Positions 18,260 through 28,903 are shown, counted from the first letter of the stretch. The stretch: DNA of 64,000 nt from Patescibacteria group bacterium UBA2773 (GCA_002352465.1 DEIN01000017.1:777-64776), one strand, 5' to 3'. Notes: generated by a model not told the origin, from the letters alone. Translations and numbers: made by a program.

Positions 18260-20191
18260 TTATTTTTTTTGAAAAATTACAACTTTATCAGTAGCAAATA
18301 TTCTGGAAAAATTATCAGATGTTTCAAATTGATGAGTGTCGAAACCGTCTTTTAAGATTAAAAATTCAATCTTAGTTTTTTCAAAACATTTTTTCCCAAT
18401 TTCAGTTTCTGGAATAGCAATCATATCTCGAGTGCAAGTTTCTCTTTTTTTGACTACGTCAGTATATCTTTTTAGTAAGGTTCTAGAAAGGGGCTCTTTG
18501 TAGCCTCGCATTAAAAAGTTTTTAATCCAAGTGTCGCCAGTTAAATAGATATGGTCTTTGAGAATTTTTTGATCGGGGTTGGTCCTGACAGCTAGGTATT
18601 CAGCTCCCTTAAAAGTTTCAATAGTTTCGTCAAATTTACTAGAATCTTCAACGTAGGATTCGGAAACATCAAATAATCCAGAGATTATTCCAGGGATAAA
18701 AATAATCATAAAAACAGTCAAAGTGATGATTTTTTGATTTTTATTGAAAATCGGTTGAAGGATTGCGTAGACTCCGAAGCCAGCTAAAATCGCTGAAGGA
18801 TAGGTTAAATAGTTGGCAATTCTTCCTGATATTATATCAATTTTTAACAAGGCTGGCCAGTGGCTCATCGTGAAAATTGTTAAAAACCAAGCCGATGCCA
18901 AAGAAATTGCAGTTAACGCCTTGAGGGGGCTGGATATTTGAATCGAATAAATTTTTTTGGCTAGAGAATTTTTTTTGAAAATTTGCCAAAAAATGAAAAT
19001 TAAAAAAATCAAACCAACGGTAGAATAAAAAATTCGCCAAGAACCAGTCGAATGAACTAAATTGTTAATTGTTAGCCCAGTTCGAGTTTCTTTGGATGGG
19101 TTTCCAACGGCGGTATCAATGGCTGATAAGTTCAAATAAGAAGGAATTCTAATTAAAAAAACGAAAGATAAGATTAAAAAACTGGTTAAAGCAGTCTTTA
19201 AGTTAATAAAAATTTTGAGAAAAGGTCTAATCTCAACATTATTATTTTTTAGAATAAGTTTAATCAGTCCAAAACCAAATATGAAAAATATCAAAAATCC
19301 AACTAGAACATAAATAAAAATAAAAGTCGAAAGATGATGGGTGTAAGCTAGTATTCCAGCTAGAAAAAAGCCTAGGCTGGCTAAGGTGGAACTTTTTTCT
19401 TTGACAGCTTTGATGAAAAGATAGAAAATAGTTGGAATTAATAAATTTCCCATTAAATTTCCAATAACGCCTCCGTTGATATAGGTGGCTTGTGGAGAAG
19501 CAATCGCATAGAAAACTCCAATTGATAATAAGCTTAAAAACCCGATTTTGTGAGCGGTTTTTGAAGTGAATAATAAATTGGCTAGTTCTTTAGTCAAAAG
19601 AAAGATAGCCAAAAGGGAAAAAATATTGATTATAAATAAAATTATTGTCGGTAGAGCAGAGATTATTCCAACACCAGATAGAATTGAGGCGGCGCCGAAA
19701 ATTAAATGTTCGCCAATAATGAAATCTGGAATTCCATAAATCGGTAATTCTTGAAATTTGATAATGTAGTTAACCCAATACATATGATGGCCTAAATCAG
19801 TGGCATGAGGAATTATTTTGGGAATTAAATAGATGGCTCGAATAAAAATTGAAAAACTTAAAATTAAAAAGAAAATGAGCCAATTGGAGTTTTCGGATGC
19901 AGGGATTTTTTTCAGTTTTTCTTTTTGAAATATTTTATAAAGAATTAGTCCAATGGTGGTAATTATAATTAGGATTGAGAAGATTGAAAGGGGAGTTAAC
20001 TTGAAGTCCAGTCTGTTAATCAGCATTAAGCTGAAATTTGTAATTCCCAAACTCAAAACCATTGAAACGACAATTGTTCCGAGGGTTCCTAGCGGATTTT
20101 TTGCTCTGGTTAAAGCGATTAAAATTGAATAGCCTGGAATAAAAAGAAGTAACCCTAAGCTTAAATCGATTTTGATTAGATCTAGTAGCAT
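18260..20191 (-). CDS. Large polytopic membrane protein (~13 TM N-terminal domain plus C-terminal soluble domain), possible glycan polymerase/oligosaccharyltransferase-like
   Basis: 643 aa and highly hydrophobic over the N-terminal ~480 aa. It is flanked by glycosyltransferases. No specific motif was recognised. Confidence 0.4.
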   Translation of the reverse strand: MLLDLIKIDLSLGLLLFIPGYSILIALTRAKNPLGTLGTIVVSMVLSLGITNFSLMLINRLDFKLTPLSIFSILIIITTIGLILYKIFQKEKLKKIPASENSNWLIFFLILSFSIFIRAIYLIPKIIPHATDLGHHMYWVNYIIKFQELPIYGIPDFIIGEHLIFGAASILSGVGIISALPTIILFIINIFSLLAIFLLTKELANLLFTSKTAHKIGFLSLLSIGVFYAIASPQATYINGGVIGNLMGNLLIPTIFYLFIKAVKEKSSTLASLGFFLAGILAYTHHLSTFIFIYVLVGFLIFFIFGFGLIKLILKNNNVEIRPFLKIFINLKTALTSFLILSFVFLIRIPSYLNLSAIDTAVGNPSKETRTGLTINNLVHSTGSWRIFYSTVGLIFLIFIFWQIFKKNSLAKKIYSIQISSPLKALTAISLASAWFLTIFTMSHWPALLKIDIISGRIANYLTYPSAILAGFGVYAILQPIFNKNQKIITLTVFMIIFIPGIISGLFDVSESYVEDSSKFDETIETFKGAEYLAVRTNPDQKILKDHIYLTGDTWIKNFLMRGYKEPLSRTLLKRYTDVVKKRETCTRDMIAIPETEIGKKCFEKTKIEFLILKDGFDTHQFETSDNFSRIFATDKVVIFQKK

Positions 20192-20192
20192 T

Positions 20193-21299
20193 TTATTTTT
20201 TCATTTCTTTTAAATATCTTTGGGCAATTTTTTCCCAAGCATAATTTTTTTCAACGTATTCGCCAACTTTTTGACTTCGTTTTTTTAGTATTGAGGTGTC
20301 GGTGTTGATTATTTTTTCAATGGCTTCTACCCAAGCGTTAACATCTTCATTCTCAACGAGAGTTCCATTCTTTCCGTCTTTAATTGCGTCTAATAAACCT
20401 TCGATATTGGAAGCCAACACGATTCTTTCACAAACACCGGCTTCAATAGCATTTATTCCAAAGCCCTCCATCGAGCCAGGAATATGAAGATTAGGAGAGA
20501 CTACTAAATCAACAGTGTTCAAAAGAATTTTTAAATCTGCTTGGGGAATGGCTGGAAATAATTTAACTCGGTTTTCTAATTTATTTTTAAGAATTGCTTT
20601 TTCTGAATTAAGAAAATCATCTTTATCTCCAGCGGTATTTCTGGCTACTCGCCCACCAGCGGCAAGCATTACTACGTTTTTAGGTAATTCGGGCATTACA
20701 TTCTCGATGAACCAACTGGTTCCTTTGTGGGGAACAAATCGTCCTAGGCGGAGAATGACTTTTTTGTCTTTGACGTTTTTTCCGAATATTTTTGAAAGTT
20801 CTTTCCGATTGTGTTTTTCGCGAAGTTCATTTTTGTTGATTCCATTGGGAATGAATTTGCATTTATTTTTAGGAATTCCGAGTTTGACGGCTTCTTCGAT
20901 CGTAGCGTTGCCGACCATAAAAAGTTTGTCCATTTTTTTTAGAGCGGGAATGTTGATGATTTTATAAATTTTTGAAAGCCAACCTTTTTTTTCGGCAAAA
21001 ATAATATCCAAGGCGTGGGTGACGCAAAAAAACTTTTTTTTAGGATGAAAAAATTTTAAAGTGCTTCCAAGCGGAGCTAAAATTCCACTTCCTAATAAGC
21101 AAACATCATATTGGGTCATTAAGAAAAAAGCTTTGAAAAAAGTTAGCGGAATGAAAATTGGAAGCCAGATTTTTCCTCGAGTATTTTTAATGATTCTGAT
21201 TTCAGCTGATTTTCCAAGAGCTTTTGATAATTGAAAGTTTTGATTTTCAACTCCACCAATTATAGGTGGAAAGGAATGAGATATGAATAATATTTTCAT
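20193..21299 (-). CDS. Glycosyltransferase family 4
   Basis: It starts MKILFISHSFPPIIGGVE, a GT4 N-terminal motif. A C-terminal EGFGI-like segment is present. Confidence 0.65.
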   Translation of the reverse strand: MKILFISHSFPPIIGGVENQNFQLSKALGKSAEIRIIKNTRGKIWLPIFIPLTFFKAFFLMTQYDVCLLGSGILAPLGSTLKFFHPKKKFFCVTHALDIIFAEKKGWLSKIYKIINIPALKKMDKLFMVGNATIEEAVKLGIPKNKCKFIPNGINKNELREKHNRKELSKIFGKNVKDKKVILRLGRFVPHKGTSWFIENVMPELPKNVVMLAAGGRVARNTAGDKDDFLNSEKAILKNKLENRVKLFPAIPQADLKILLNTVDLVVSPNLHIPGSMEGFGINAIEAGVCERIVLASNIEGLLDAIKDGKNGTLVENEDVNAWVEAIEKIINTDTSILKKRSQKVGEYVEKNYAWEKIAQRYLKEMKK

Positions 21300-21323
21300 A
21301 ATTTAGTTAGAAAGTTAATAAAG

Positions 21324-21357
21324 TTTCCGCCATAGGCGGATCCGCCTATGGCGGAAA
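21324..21357 (-). terminator. GC-rich perfect palindrome (terminator 3' of the GT2 gene)
   Basis: tttccgccataggcgga / tccgcctatggcggaaa, 6 nt after the GT2 stop. Confidence 0.6.
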
Positions 21358-21362
21358 AAGTT

Positions 21363-22346
21363 TTAGAGATTGTAATATTTGCTTTTCTTGTGTTGATAGC
21401 TTAGTTCTTCAGTTATTTTTCGATTAGATTTAATCATATCAGCGATTAAAGCAAAAATTAGTAATTGAATTCCTAAAATTAAAAACAGAGAAGAGAAAAT
21501 TACATAGTTTAGGAAGGGGGAAATTTTAAAATCTTGCAAATAATTAAAGAGAAACCAACCATAGCCAATCAAGGAAATTAAAATAAAAGAAAAGGCAGGC
21601 ACTCCAAAAAATTTCAAAGGACGAGCATCTCGAATAGCTTTTAGAATGATTTTGAAACCATTGCCGATAAATTTCCAAACAGATTTGACAATTCTCGATT
21701 CACGATCAGCGAAATAAGTGACTTGAACTGGAACCCACTTGAGTTTTAAATTTTTTACGATAGCATCGATGATAGTTTCTTGAGTATAGGTAAAGTTGCT
21801 AGTTAGATTTAGTCTTAGTAGAGTCTCCTTGCTGTGAGCTCTGAAGCCACAGGTTAAATCTTCAATTTTATAATCCAGGAAGAAACTGATGACTTTTGCT
21901 GCAAATTGATTAAGGAAATTTTTTATCCAAGGAATATCGGTGGCTTTTATGTTGCCAAACCGATTGGCAATTACCATATCAGATTTTCCGGTTAAAATTG
22001 GTTTGAGCAATTTGGGAATGTCGTCTGGATTAAATTGTCCGTCAGCATCAATATTAATCATTAAATCAGCTTTATTTTTTAAGGCTGACCCCACACTAGT
22101 TCCAAAAACGGCGCCAAGTCTTCGATTAGTTTCATGCGAGATTACAATGTCAGCTCCAGCTTTTTTGGCTTCTTTGACGGTGTTGTCTCTTGATCCATCA
22201 TTGATAACTTGGATTAATTTTTCTTTGATAATTTTGCCTTCTTGATTTTTATAAAAATCAGCATTAAAACTTTTTTTAATTCGAGTTATGGTTTTCCCGA
22301 TGATATCTTCTTCGTTATAAGCCGGAATATTAACGATTAGTTTCAT
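21363..22346 (-). CDS. Glycosyltransferase family 2 (polyprenyl-phosphate sugar transferase-like)
   Basis: N-terminal GT-A fold (IPAYNEE...DGSRDNT, DAD-type motif). A C-terminal TM pair is present, as in DPM/GtrB-like enzymes. Confidence 0.65.
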   Translation of the reverse strand: MKLIVNIPAYNEEDIIGKTITRIKKSFNADFYKNQEGKIIKEKLIQVINDGSRDNTVKEAKKAGADIVISHETNRRLGAVFGTSVGSALKNKADLMINIDADGQFNPDDIPKLLKPILTGKSDMVIANRFGNIKATDIPWIKNFLNQFAAKVISFFLDYKIEDLTCGFRAHSKETLLRLNLTSNFTYTQETIIDAIVKNLKLKWVPVQVTYFADRESRIVKSVWKFIGNGFKIILKAIRDARPLKFFGVPAFSFILISLIGYGWFLFNYLQDFKISPFLNYVIFSSLFLILGIQLLIFALIADMIKSNRKITEELSYQHKKSKYYNL

Positions 22347-22362
22347 TTAATTTAGATAATAA

Positions 22363-23646
22363 TTATTTTCTTCCAATTCCATGATATTCAATTCCTAGTT
22401 TTTTGATTTTTTCATCGTCTAAACAATTTACTCCATCAACAATTGCTTTTATACCAAATTTTTTGAAAAGGTCTTCTTTCCCAAGGAAATCTTTGTGGTT
22501 TGTGACGAGAATTAAGACTTCAGATTTTTCGAGTAGTTCTTCTAGTGAAGCAACATCAGATTTTTCTTTAGCATAAGGTTCAAAAGTCGTCACTTGGGCT
22601 CCTTTGGTCTTTAGTTCGTCGATAATTTTAAAAGCTGGGGACTCTCTTAAGTCGTCAATATTCGCTTTATAGGAAAGGCCTAAGACGCCAACTTGAGTGT
22701 TTTTCAAAGGCATTTCAATATTATTCAAGGTATCTTGAAGTATTTTAACGGTGTAAATCGGCATAAAATTATTAATTTTTCGAGCAGCGTTCAAGAACCG
22801 ATGATCGAAACCTTTTCGCTTAGCTTCTTCGATTAAATAATAAGGGTCAACTGGAATGCAGTGTCCACCAACTCCTCGACTGGGGTAATGAGCCATAAAG
22901 GCAAAAGGTTTAGTGGCCGCTCCATCGATTACATCTTTGACGTCAATTCCCATTCGGTCAAAACTTTGAGCTAATTCATTGACGAAAGCGATATTGACAT
23001 CTCGAAAAGAGTTTTCTACAACTTTAACGGCCTCGGTGGCTCGAATTGATTTCATTGGCTTAATTGGACCGTCAATAAGAATTTCATAAAATTCTTGAGC
23101 TTTTTGGAGTCCTTTCTTTGACATCGATCCAACTACGCGAGGAATATTGCTGACATTCCATTTTTTATTGCCAGGGTCAATTCTTTCTGGACAATGAGCT
23201 AGGAAATAGTCTTTTCCTTCAACTAGATTTTTTTCAGCGAACATCGGTTCTAAGACTTCTTCACAAACGCCAGGATTGATTGTTGATTCGACGATAATTA
23301 ATTGTTTTTGGCCTAAATTATTGATTACCGATTGAACGGCATCTTGAAGCGGTTTTAAGTTGGGATAATAGGACTTATCGATTGGGGTCGGAACGCAGAT
23401 AATTATTACGTCGACTTCTTTGATAGTTGCCATATCACTTGAAACAGGAAGTTTTTTTAATAAATTAATTCTTTCTTCTATGAAATCTTCTAGAAAAGGA
23501 GATTTTCCCGCTTTTATTTTTTTTATTTTATTTTTATCTAAATCGACACCAATCGTGTCGAAATCTTTTTCTAGTGATCTTAAGGCTAACGGTAATCCAA
23601 CATAACCTAATCCAACTACTCCAACTTTCATTTCGTTTTGATTCAT
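22363..23646 (-). CDS. Nucleotide-sugar dehydrogenase (UDP-glucose/GDP-mannose dehydrogenase family)
   Basis: Rossmann motif VGVVGLGYVGLPLA and catalytic-region similarity (..GGHCIP..). Length is 427 aa. Confidence 0.75.
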   Translation of the reverse strand: MNQNEMKVGVVGLGYVGLPLALRSLEKDFDTIGVDLDKNKIKKIKAGKSPFLEDFIEERINLLKKLPVSSDMATIKEVDVIIICVPTPIDKSYYPNLKPLQDAVQSVINNLGQKQLIIVESTINPGVCEEVLEPMFAEKNLVEGKDYFLAHCPERIDPGNKKWNVSNIPRVVGSMSKKGLQKAQEFYEILIDGPIKPMKSIRATEAVKVVENSFRDVNIAFVNELAQSFDRMGIDVKDVIDGAATKPFAFMAHYPSRGVGGHCIPVDPYYLIEEAKRKGFDHRFLNAARKINNFMPIYTVKILQDTLNNIEMPLKNTQVGVLGLSYKANIDDLRESPAFKIIDELKTKGAQVTTFEPYAKEKSDVASLEELLEKSEVLILVTNHKDFLGKEDLFKKFGIKAIVDGVNCLDDEKIKKLGIEYHGIGRK

Positions 23647-23660
23647 TAAGCGTTTATTAA

Positions 23661-25910
23661 TTATTGATAATCGAATGTAATTATTTCTTTTTTTTCAGTA
23701 ATTACGAAAATTTTTCTATTTTCAAAATCTATAGAAAAATCATTAGCATCTTTAAATTTTTTGTCTTGAAAAAAAACTTGTTGTCCGTTGTTTTCCGAGA
23801 GCATCAATATCTTACCTTGTTTTTTATCTAAGGCAAATATTTCATTTTTATTTATTTTCACTCGAATTTTATCTGGAACAAAACCTTCTTCGAGGTTGAA
23901 TTCTTTTTGTTGAGTATATTCAAAATATTTTCGTATTTTACCATTGTTAAAGGCGATGTAAATAGAGTCGCTCACATCAAGGCTAATCGCATTGCTAAGA
24001 TCAACTTTTTCTTTTAGCCAGGCTTTAACGACCCCGAATCCGCCCGGTGCTCGAGGATAACGATAGATTTGATTTGATTCTTGATCTAAGAGATAGAGAT
24101 AGGTTAAATAGCTTCCGATTCCAACACTTTTATCTTTAAAATTGGAAGGCATTGCAATAATATTTTTTGAAAAACTGTTAGTGATTGGGCTGTAGGAGTA
24201 AGTTTGATTTTGACTAACTATGAAAATTAATTGCAGGGATTCCATTGAGGATAAATATTGAGGATTTTTAAGTTCTTTCGGGAGTAAAATCTCAGTTTGA
24301 ATGTTGTTTCGAATCGAAAATTTAATTAAACTTTCTTTTTCCGTTAGTAAATATAAATCATTTTTTAAAAAAGTTGAATTTTTAATTTGTCTGTTGAGGG
24401 TTATTAAGGTTCGTAAATTTTTAATTTCAAAATCTATTTTTTTGTCAATGATTTCATTTTTTATTAGCGGTTTATTGATTGATTCTAACTTATTATTTCT
24501 ATTTTTAATTATTAAAGAAAAGAGAGTTATTAAAATTATTAAAATAGAAATTACTATTAAGCTTTTTTTAAAAAAATTGTCTTTAATGTAGATCTTTATT
24601 TTCTTGAAAAATAGTTTTATTTTCTCTGAAAATTTTTCAAAAACGTCATTTCTTGTTGAGATTTTTTTGTTAATTTTAATATCAACCTTAGTTTCTAGGT
24701 TCTTGATAATATTGTCGACTTTATTTTTTTGAGGTAATAATTTCAGAGTTTTTTGAATCGAAGTTCGAAGCTTATTTTTTGCAATTGTCATTTTGTTCTT
24801 ATCAATTTTTTTGCAAAATTTAAGGGTTATTTCTGGAATTTTTTTAAAAAAATCTTTAAGTTTTTCTGATTTTTTTTGAAAAAACTTGTTTTTTAAAGGA
24901 AAAATAAATTTTTCTAAAAATTGGTTATATTTTTCTTTTATGATTCTACCGTTTTCTTTATTCTTTGACTTTAGCTGGGTTTCAGTTTCATCTTCTTTGA
25001 CATATATTTCAGGTTCATTCTCGAAGGGTGATTTATTCGGATCTTCAATTTTAATTTTTTTCTTTTCTAATATGATCGCTTCTTCCGGTTTTTCTTGTTG
25101 GTTCTTTCCTTTTAGCAACTTTTTTTCCTTTTTAGTTTCGCCAAAGAAATTCAAGTTTTTCTCGATTTCAGGATTTTCCTTGGTTTCAATTATTAAGTCT
25201 GGAACAATTTTTGGTTGATTTTTAATGTTTAAAACAATCATTCCTGTTTTTAAAGCTTCATTTTTTAGAGTAGCAGAAATGATATTATCAAATTCGACGG
25301 AATCAAATGTTTTGAAATGTCGGGTCAGTTCTTCTAGCGGTAAAGTGTCAAAAGTTTCTTTTAAAGTGAAGATTATTTTGTTGTTAGCTTCGATTTTTCC
25401 AGCCGAAATAGAAGCAAAAGTCTTCATTGGGTGATATTCTTCGTTTTTGCTAGAAGCACTTTTGATATTGGAAATTTTTTCATTTTTTAAAAATAAAATT
25501 CTACCTTGACCAATTTGAGCGAAATGAATTTCATTTTCACAAATTACGCCGATAGCAGCATTTAAATTCCCCATCCATTCTACGATTTCGTGTTGGGTTA
25601 GTTCTGTCAGAGCCAAATTGATTTTGTGCAAAGCGATTTCAAAACTTTTGCCACAACTTTTATTTTTATTTTTAAAATATTCTTTTTTGATAATTTGAGT
25701 TAGCATATTTGGCAAATAAGCTGAATTTTCACTAGTATCATCAACTTGAATTATTCCAAATATTTTCCCTAATTTTTGTTGTTTAATGTTTTGGCCAACG
25801 GCATCAAAAACATTAAAAAAAGGCCTTAATTTAGGATCTTTAATAACAACTACTTCGAAAGAATCTACTTGTAGACAATCTTTCGATTTGTTCGGTGAAT
25901 CGTTGATCAT
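23661..25910 (-). CDS. Hypothetical 749-aa protein with a K/E-rich low-complexity middle and a single TM helix
   Basis: It is a long ORF at the end of the glycan cluster. A TM segment (LIVISILIILITLFSLII) lies at ~aa 455. No confident domain assignment was made. Confidence 0.4.
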   Translation of the reverse strand: MINDSPNKSKDCLQVDSFEVVVIKDPKLRPFFNVFDAVGQNIKQQKLGKIFGIIQVDDTSENSAYLPNMLTQIIKKEYFKNKNKSCGKSFEIALHKINLALTELTQHEIVEWMGNLNAAIGVICENEIHFAQIGQGRILFLKNEKISNIKSASSKNEEYHPMKTFASISAGKIEANNKIIFTLKETFDTLPLEELTRHFKTFDSVEFDNIISATLKNEALKTGMIVLNIKNQPKIVPDLIIETKENPEIEKNLNFFGETKKEKKLLKGKNQQEKPEEAIILEKKKIKIEDPNKSPFENEPEIYVKEDETETQLKSKNKENGRIIKEKYNQFLEKFIFPLKNKFFQKKSEKLKDFFKKIPEITLKFCKKIDKNKMTIAKNKLRTSIQKTLKLLPQKNKVDNIIKNLETKVDIKINKKISTRNDVFEKFSEKIKLFFKKIKIYIKDNFFKKSLIVISILIILITLFSLIIKNRNNKLESINKPLIKNEIIDKKIDFEIKNLRTLITLNRQIKNSTFLKNDLYLLTEKESLIKFSIRNNIQTEILLPKELKNPQYLSSMESLQLIFIVSQNQTYSYSPITNSFSKNIIAMPSNFKDKSVGIGSYLTYLYLLDQESNQIYRYPRAPGGFGVVKAWLKEKVDLSNAISLDVSDSIYIAFNNGKIRKYFEYTQQKEFNLEEGFVPDKIRVKINKNEIFALDKKQGKILMLSENNGQQVFFQDKKFKDANDFSIDFENRKIFVITEKKEIITFDYQ

Positions 25911-26203
25911 TTTTTTTATTTATAAAAACCATTTTTGAAATAATTTTTTCAAAATAATCTCTTAATTTTATTATATTTATTATATACTATTTTCAGAAAA
26001 AATAAAACAAACTTATTCATTAACATTTTTTAAAGTTATCAAATAGTTTCTTGAGACTGGTTTGAGAGGTTTTTGTCGCTTTAATAGTGATCTTTTTTGC
26101 TGGACATTTTTAAATAAATTTGTTATTGTTAAATTAGTTAAGAATTAATTAAGAAAGTTTATTGCTAATAATTTATTTAGAAAATAAGCTTTTGAAATAA
26201 ACG

Positions 26204-26518
26204 ATGCAAAATAAAAAAGAAGTCAATGAAAGTTCTAAGAAAATAGTCAATTTTCTATTAACTTTTTTTAGTGGATTTATTCAGAAAATTTCAGTTGGTT
26301 TGATTTTGAACGCCAAAAAACAAGTCGAGGAAATTATTTTGCAAATAAAAAGAGGAGTTTTAGCTGGATTTTTTCTGATTTTTGGATTATTTTTTCTGCT
26401 GATTGGATTGGCTATTTATTTGGGTTCTTGGTTGAGTACTGTTCCTGGGAGCGGCTATCTCGCGATTGGATCATTTAGTTTGTTGATGTCTTTGTTGATT
26501 GTTTTTATTAAGAGATGA
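26204..26518 (+). CDS. Small 2-TM membrane protein (YqjE / holin-3_6-like architecture)
   Basis: 104 aa: an amphipathic N-terminus followed by two TM helices. Confidence 0.35.
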   Translation: MQNKKEVNESSKKIVNFLLTFFSGFIQKISVGLILNAKKQVEEIILQIKRGVLAGFFLIFGLFFLLIGLAIYLGSWLSTVPGSGYLAIGSFSLLMSLLIVFIKR

Positions 26519-26547
26519 GTTAAATTATATTTTAAAATATAAATTTT

Positions 26548-26775
26548 ATGAAAAAAATTAAAAAAGTTGAAGATGATTTTTTTGTTAAGAAAAGTCTGAA
26601 TAGTTTTAAGAAGCAATCTAAAGCTAAATTGCAAGAAGCTCAAAAATATGCGAAAAAAAATCCTCAAAAAACTAAAACAATTTTAGCTGGTTTAGGCACG
26701 GTTTTTGCTGCAATTATAGCTTTTCTGATTGGTAAGAAAAAGAAAAGTAAAAATAAAGATCAAGACGAAGATTAA
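26548..26775 (+). CDS. Small C-terminally membrane-anchored protein (YqjD/ElaB-like architecture) with an acidic tail ...DQDED
   Basis: 75 aa: a charged N-terminal helix, one C-terminal TM, then a poly-K and acidic end. Confidence 0.35.
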   Translation: MKKIKKVEDDFFVKKSLNSFKKQSKAKLQEAQKYAKKNPQKTKTILAGLGTVFAAIIAFLIGKKKKSKNKDQDED

Positions 26776-26823
26776 AAGATAATTTTATCGTTGGTTTTTA
26801 ATTTAAGAAGTAATAAAAAATAG

Positions 26824-27495
26824 ATGTATAGCGCTTTTGTGGAATATGCTGTTTCTCAAGGAGTTCCTTTGGGAACAGTGACTTTAATTCTAATGCTTCC
26901 AATAGTGGTTTTGATTATTGCTTTTTTTCGACAAGTGGTAGGAATCAAGGCTTTTGGCATTTATACTCCAGCTTTGATAATTTTTGCTTTTTTGGCCATT
27001 AAAGCCGAGGCTGGTAGTTTTTGGGGTGGAATTCGATACGGAACTGCTATTTTTGGAACGGTCATCGCCGTGGGGACTTTGGCTCGAATTTTTTTAAGAC
27101 GCTTTCGTCTGTTGTATTTGCCTCGAGTAGCAATTGTGATCTCGATTGTTTCTTTGTCAACTTTATTGATGTTAATTTTAGGAGGAATGTTTCAACGGAC
27201 TGGCTTGGCCAGTGTTTCAATTTTTCCAATTTTGATTATGATTACTTTAGTGGAGAAGTTTGTCACGGTTCAAATCGAAAAAGGTGGAAAAGCAGCGGTT
27301 TATCTTTCTTTGGAAACTTTATTTATCTCAATCGTGGGCTATTCAATCGCCAGTTGGGCTTTGTTGATTTTTTATCTTCAACAGTATCCTTGGCTGGTTT
27401 TCGTGGCGATTGTTATAAATATTTTCTTAGGTAAATGGACGGGATTGCGATTGTCCGAAGTTATCAGATTTAAAAAGCTCATCAAAAATGTTTAA
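26824..27495 (+). CDS. 7-TM membrane protein translationally coupled to an ATP-grasp ligase (7TM component of a RimK-like ligase system)
   Basis: 223 aa with ~7 hydrophobic helices. It overlaps the next gene's start by 8 nt. Confidence 0.5.
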   Translation: MYSAFVEYAVSQGVPLGTVTLILMLPIVVLIIAFFRQVVGIKAFGIYTPALIIFAFLAIKAEAGSFWGGIRYGTAIFGTVIAVGTLARIFLRRFRLLYLPRVAIVISIVSLSTLLMLILGGMFQRTGLASVSIFPILIMITLVEKFVTVQIEKGGKAAVYLSLETLFISIVGYSIASWALLIFYLQQYPWLVFVAIVINIFLGKWTGLRLSEVIRFKKLIKNV

Positions 27496-28888
27496 AGCTT
27501 ATCAAAAAAGTAAAACGATATTGGGAATGAATTCTAGGAATTTGACTTTCATTCGACCCAATAATCTTAAGCGAGCCAAGCGTTTGGCTGACAATAAACT
27601 AAAAAGCAAGCGTCTTTTGAAAAAGAACGGAATTCCCGTTCCTGGTTTGATTGCCAAAATTAAAACTAGACAAGATTTGGATAATTTTGATTTTTCTAAG
27701 TTGCCCAGTAGTTTTGTTTTGAAACCGAATATGGGTTTGGGAGGCGATGGAATTTTGGTGGTTTATGGGCGAAAAAAGAATTGTCAAAATATTTGGGTTA
27801 AAGCCGATCGAAGCTTGGTAACCGAGGATGATTTGCGAAATCAAATTAGAAATATTTTGGAAGGTTCATTCTCAAGGACCAGTATTCCAGACATTGCTTT
27901 TTTCGAAGAACGAGTCAAACTTTCTAGGGTTTTCAAGCCCTATTCTTATAAAGGAATTCCAGATGTTCGAGTAATCGTGTATAACAATGTCCCAGTGATG
28001 GCGATGTTGCGGTTGTCCACCAAAGGATCAGAAGGAAAAGCTAATCTTCAATTAGGAGGAATTGGTTGCGGAATTGATATGGCAACTGGCACAACCACTT
28101 CGGCGGTGCAAGGTAAATCTAAGTTAATTGAGTGTATTCCAGGGACCAGGCTTTCATTGAGTGGGATTAGAATTCCTCGATGGCAGGAAATTTTGGAATT
28201 GGCAGTGAAAGCTCAGCAAGTTTCGGGTTTGGGATTTTTAGGGGCGGACGTGGCTTATGATCGAGATGACGGCCCAGTTTTTCTGGAATTAAACGCTCGG
28301 CCGGGGCTTTCAATTCAAATTGCCAATATGGAAGGGCTTTTGACTCGGTTGAAAAGAGTGGAGGGATTGAAAGTTAAATCTGCCAAACACGGAGTTAAAT
28401 TAGCCAAAAATCTTTTTGGAGGAGAAATTGAAGAAGAGTTGGAAGATATTTCTGGAAAGAAAGTAATCGGCGTGGTGGAAAAAATTAAATTGATTGGAAA
28501 AAATGGAGCAGAAAAAGAAGTTGAAGCCAAAATTGACACCGGCGCTTATTCTACTTCAGTTGACATTGAATTGGCTCGAGAACTTGGATTTGAAGGAGTG
28601 ATCGATTATTTTGATAAAATTAAAAAGCCAAAAGAAATAACAAAAAAAGACGGTAAGAATATTATGGAGGATCTTCGGGCAAAATATTTGCATAAAAATA
28701 AAGATTTACTTGATATTGACGTTGTCTATTCTTCTAGCGGAATTACTGTTCGACCAAAAGTGAAAATTAGTTTTGTGATGGACAATGAAACGGTCATCAC
28801 CAGGGCTAATCTCACAGAAAGAGCAGATTTAAAATACCCAGTCATTATTGGCAGGAGGGATCTGAAAAAGTTTTTGGTGGAGGTTTAA
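27488..28888 (+). CDS. RimK-related ATP-grasp ligase (alpha-L-glutamate-ligase-like) fused to a C-terminal retropepsin-like aspartic peptidase domain
   Basis: The N-terminal ~310 aa are ATP-grasp (ILGMNSRNL..KLKSKRLL..VLKPNMGLGGDGI...ELNARPG). The C-terminal ~140 aa carry KIDTGAYSTS (a DTGA active-site motif), RPKV and IIGRRDL, characteristic of the PF05618 RimK-associated retropepsin-like domain. Confidence 0.6.
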   Translation: MFKAYQKSKTILGMNSRNLTFIRPNNLKRAKRLADNKLKSKRLLKKNGIPVPGLIAKIKTRQDLDNFDFSKLPSSFVLKPNMGLGGDGILVVYGRKKNCQNIWVKADRSLVTEDDLRNQIRNILEGSFSRTSIPDIAFFEERVKLSRVFKPYSYKGIPDVRVIVYNNVPVMAMLRLSTKGSEGKANLQLGGIGCGIDMATGTTTSAVQGKSKLIECIPGTRLSLSGIRIPRWQEILELAVKAQQVSGLGFLGADVAYDRDDGPVFLELNARPGLSIQIANMEGLLTRLKRVEGLKVKSAKHGVKLAKNLFGGEIEEELEDISGKKVIGVVEKIKLIGKNGAEKEVEAKIDTGAYSTSVDIELARELGFEGVIDYFDKIKKPKEITKKDGKNIMEDLRAKYLHKNKDLLDIDVVYSSSGITVRPKVKISFVMDNETVITRANLTERADLKYPVIIGRRDLKKFLVEV

Positions 28889-28903
28889 AAATTTAATTAC
28901 ATT

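Noticed and set aside
20296-22245. Plus-strand ORFs of 63, 150 and 101 aa antisense to the GT4 and GT2 genes
   Set aside because: They are antisense shadows of well-supported glycosyltransferase genes.
24301-25434. Plus-strand ORFs (96, 110 and 69 aa) opposite the 749-aa gene
   Set aside because: They are antisense to a K/E-rich low-complexity coding region, which yields F/L-rich artefactual ORFs.
26548-26775. 75-aa protein with acidic C-terminus as a definite precursor peptide of the ATP-grasp system
   Set aside because: The architecture (charged helix plus C-terminal TM anchor) also fits YqjD/ElaB-like stress proteins, and the neighbouring 104-aa ORF fits YqjE-like. The substrate idea is mentioned only as speculation.
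27021-27434. 137-aa alternative-frame ORF inside the 7TM gene
   Set aside because: The hydrophobic 7TM frame is far more plausible. This frame has a Cys/Arg/Phe-rich nonsense composition.
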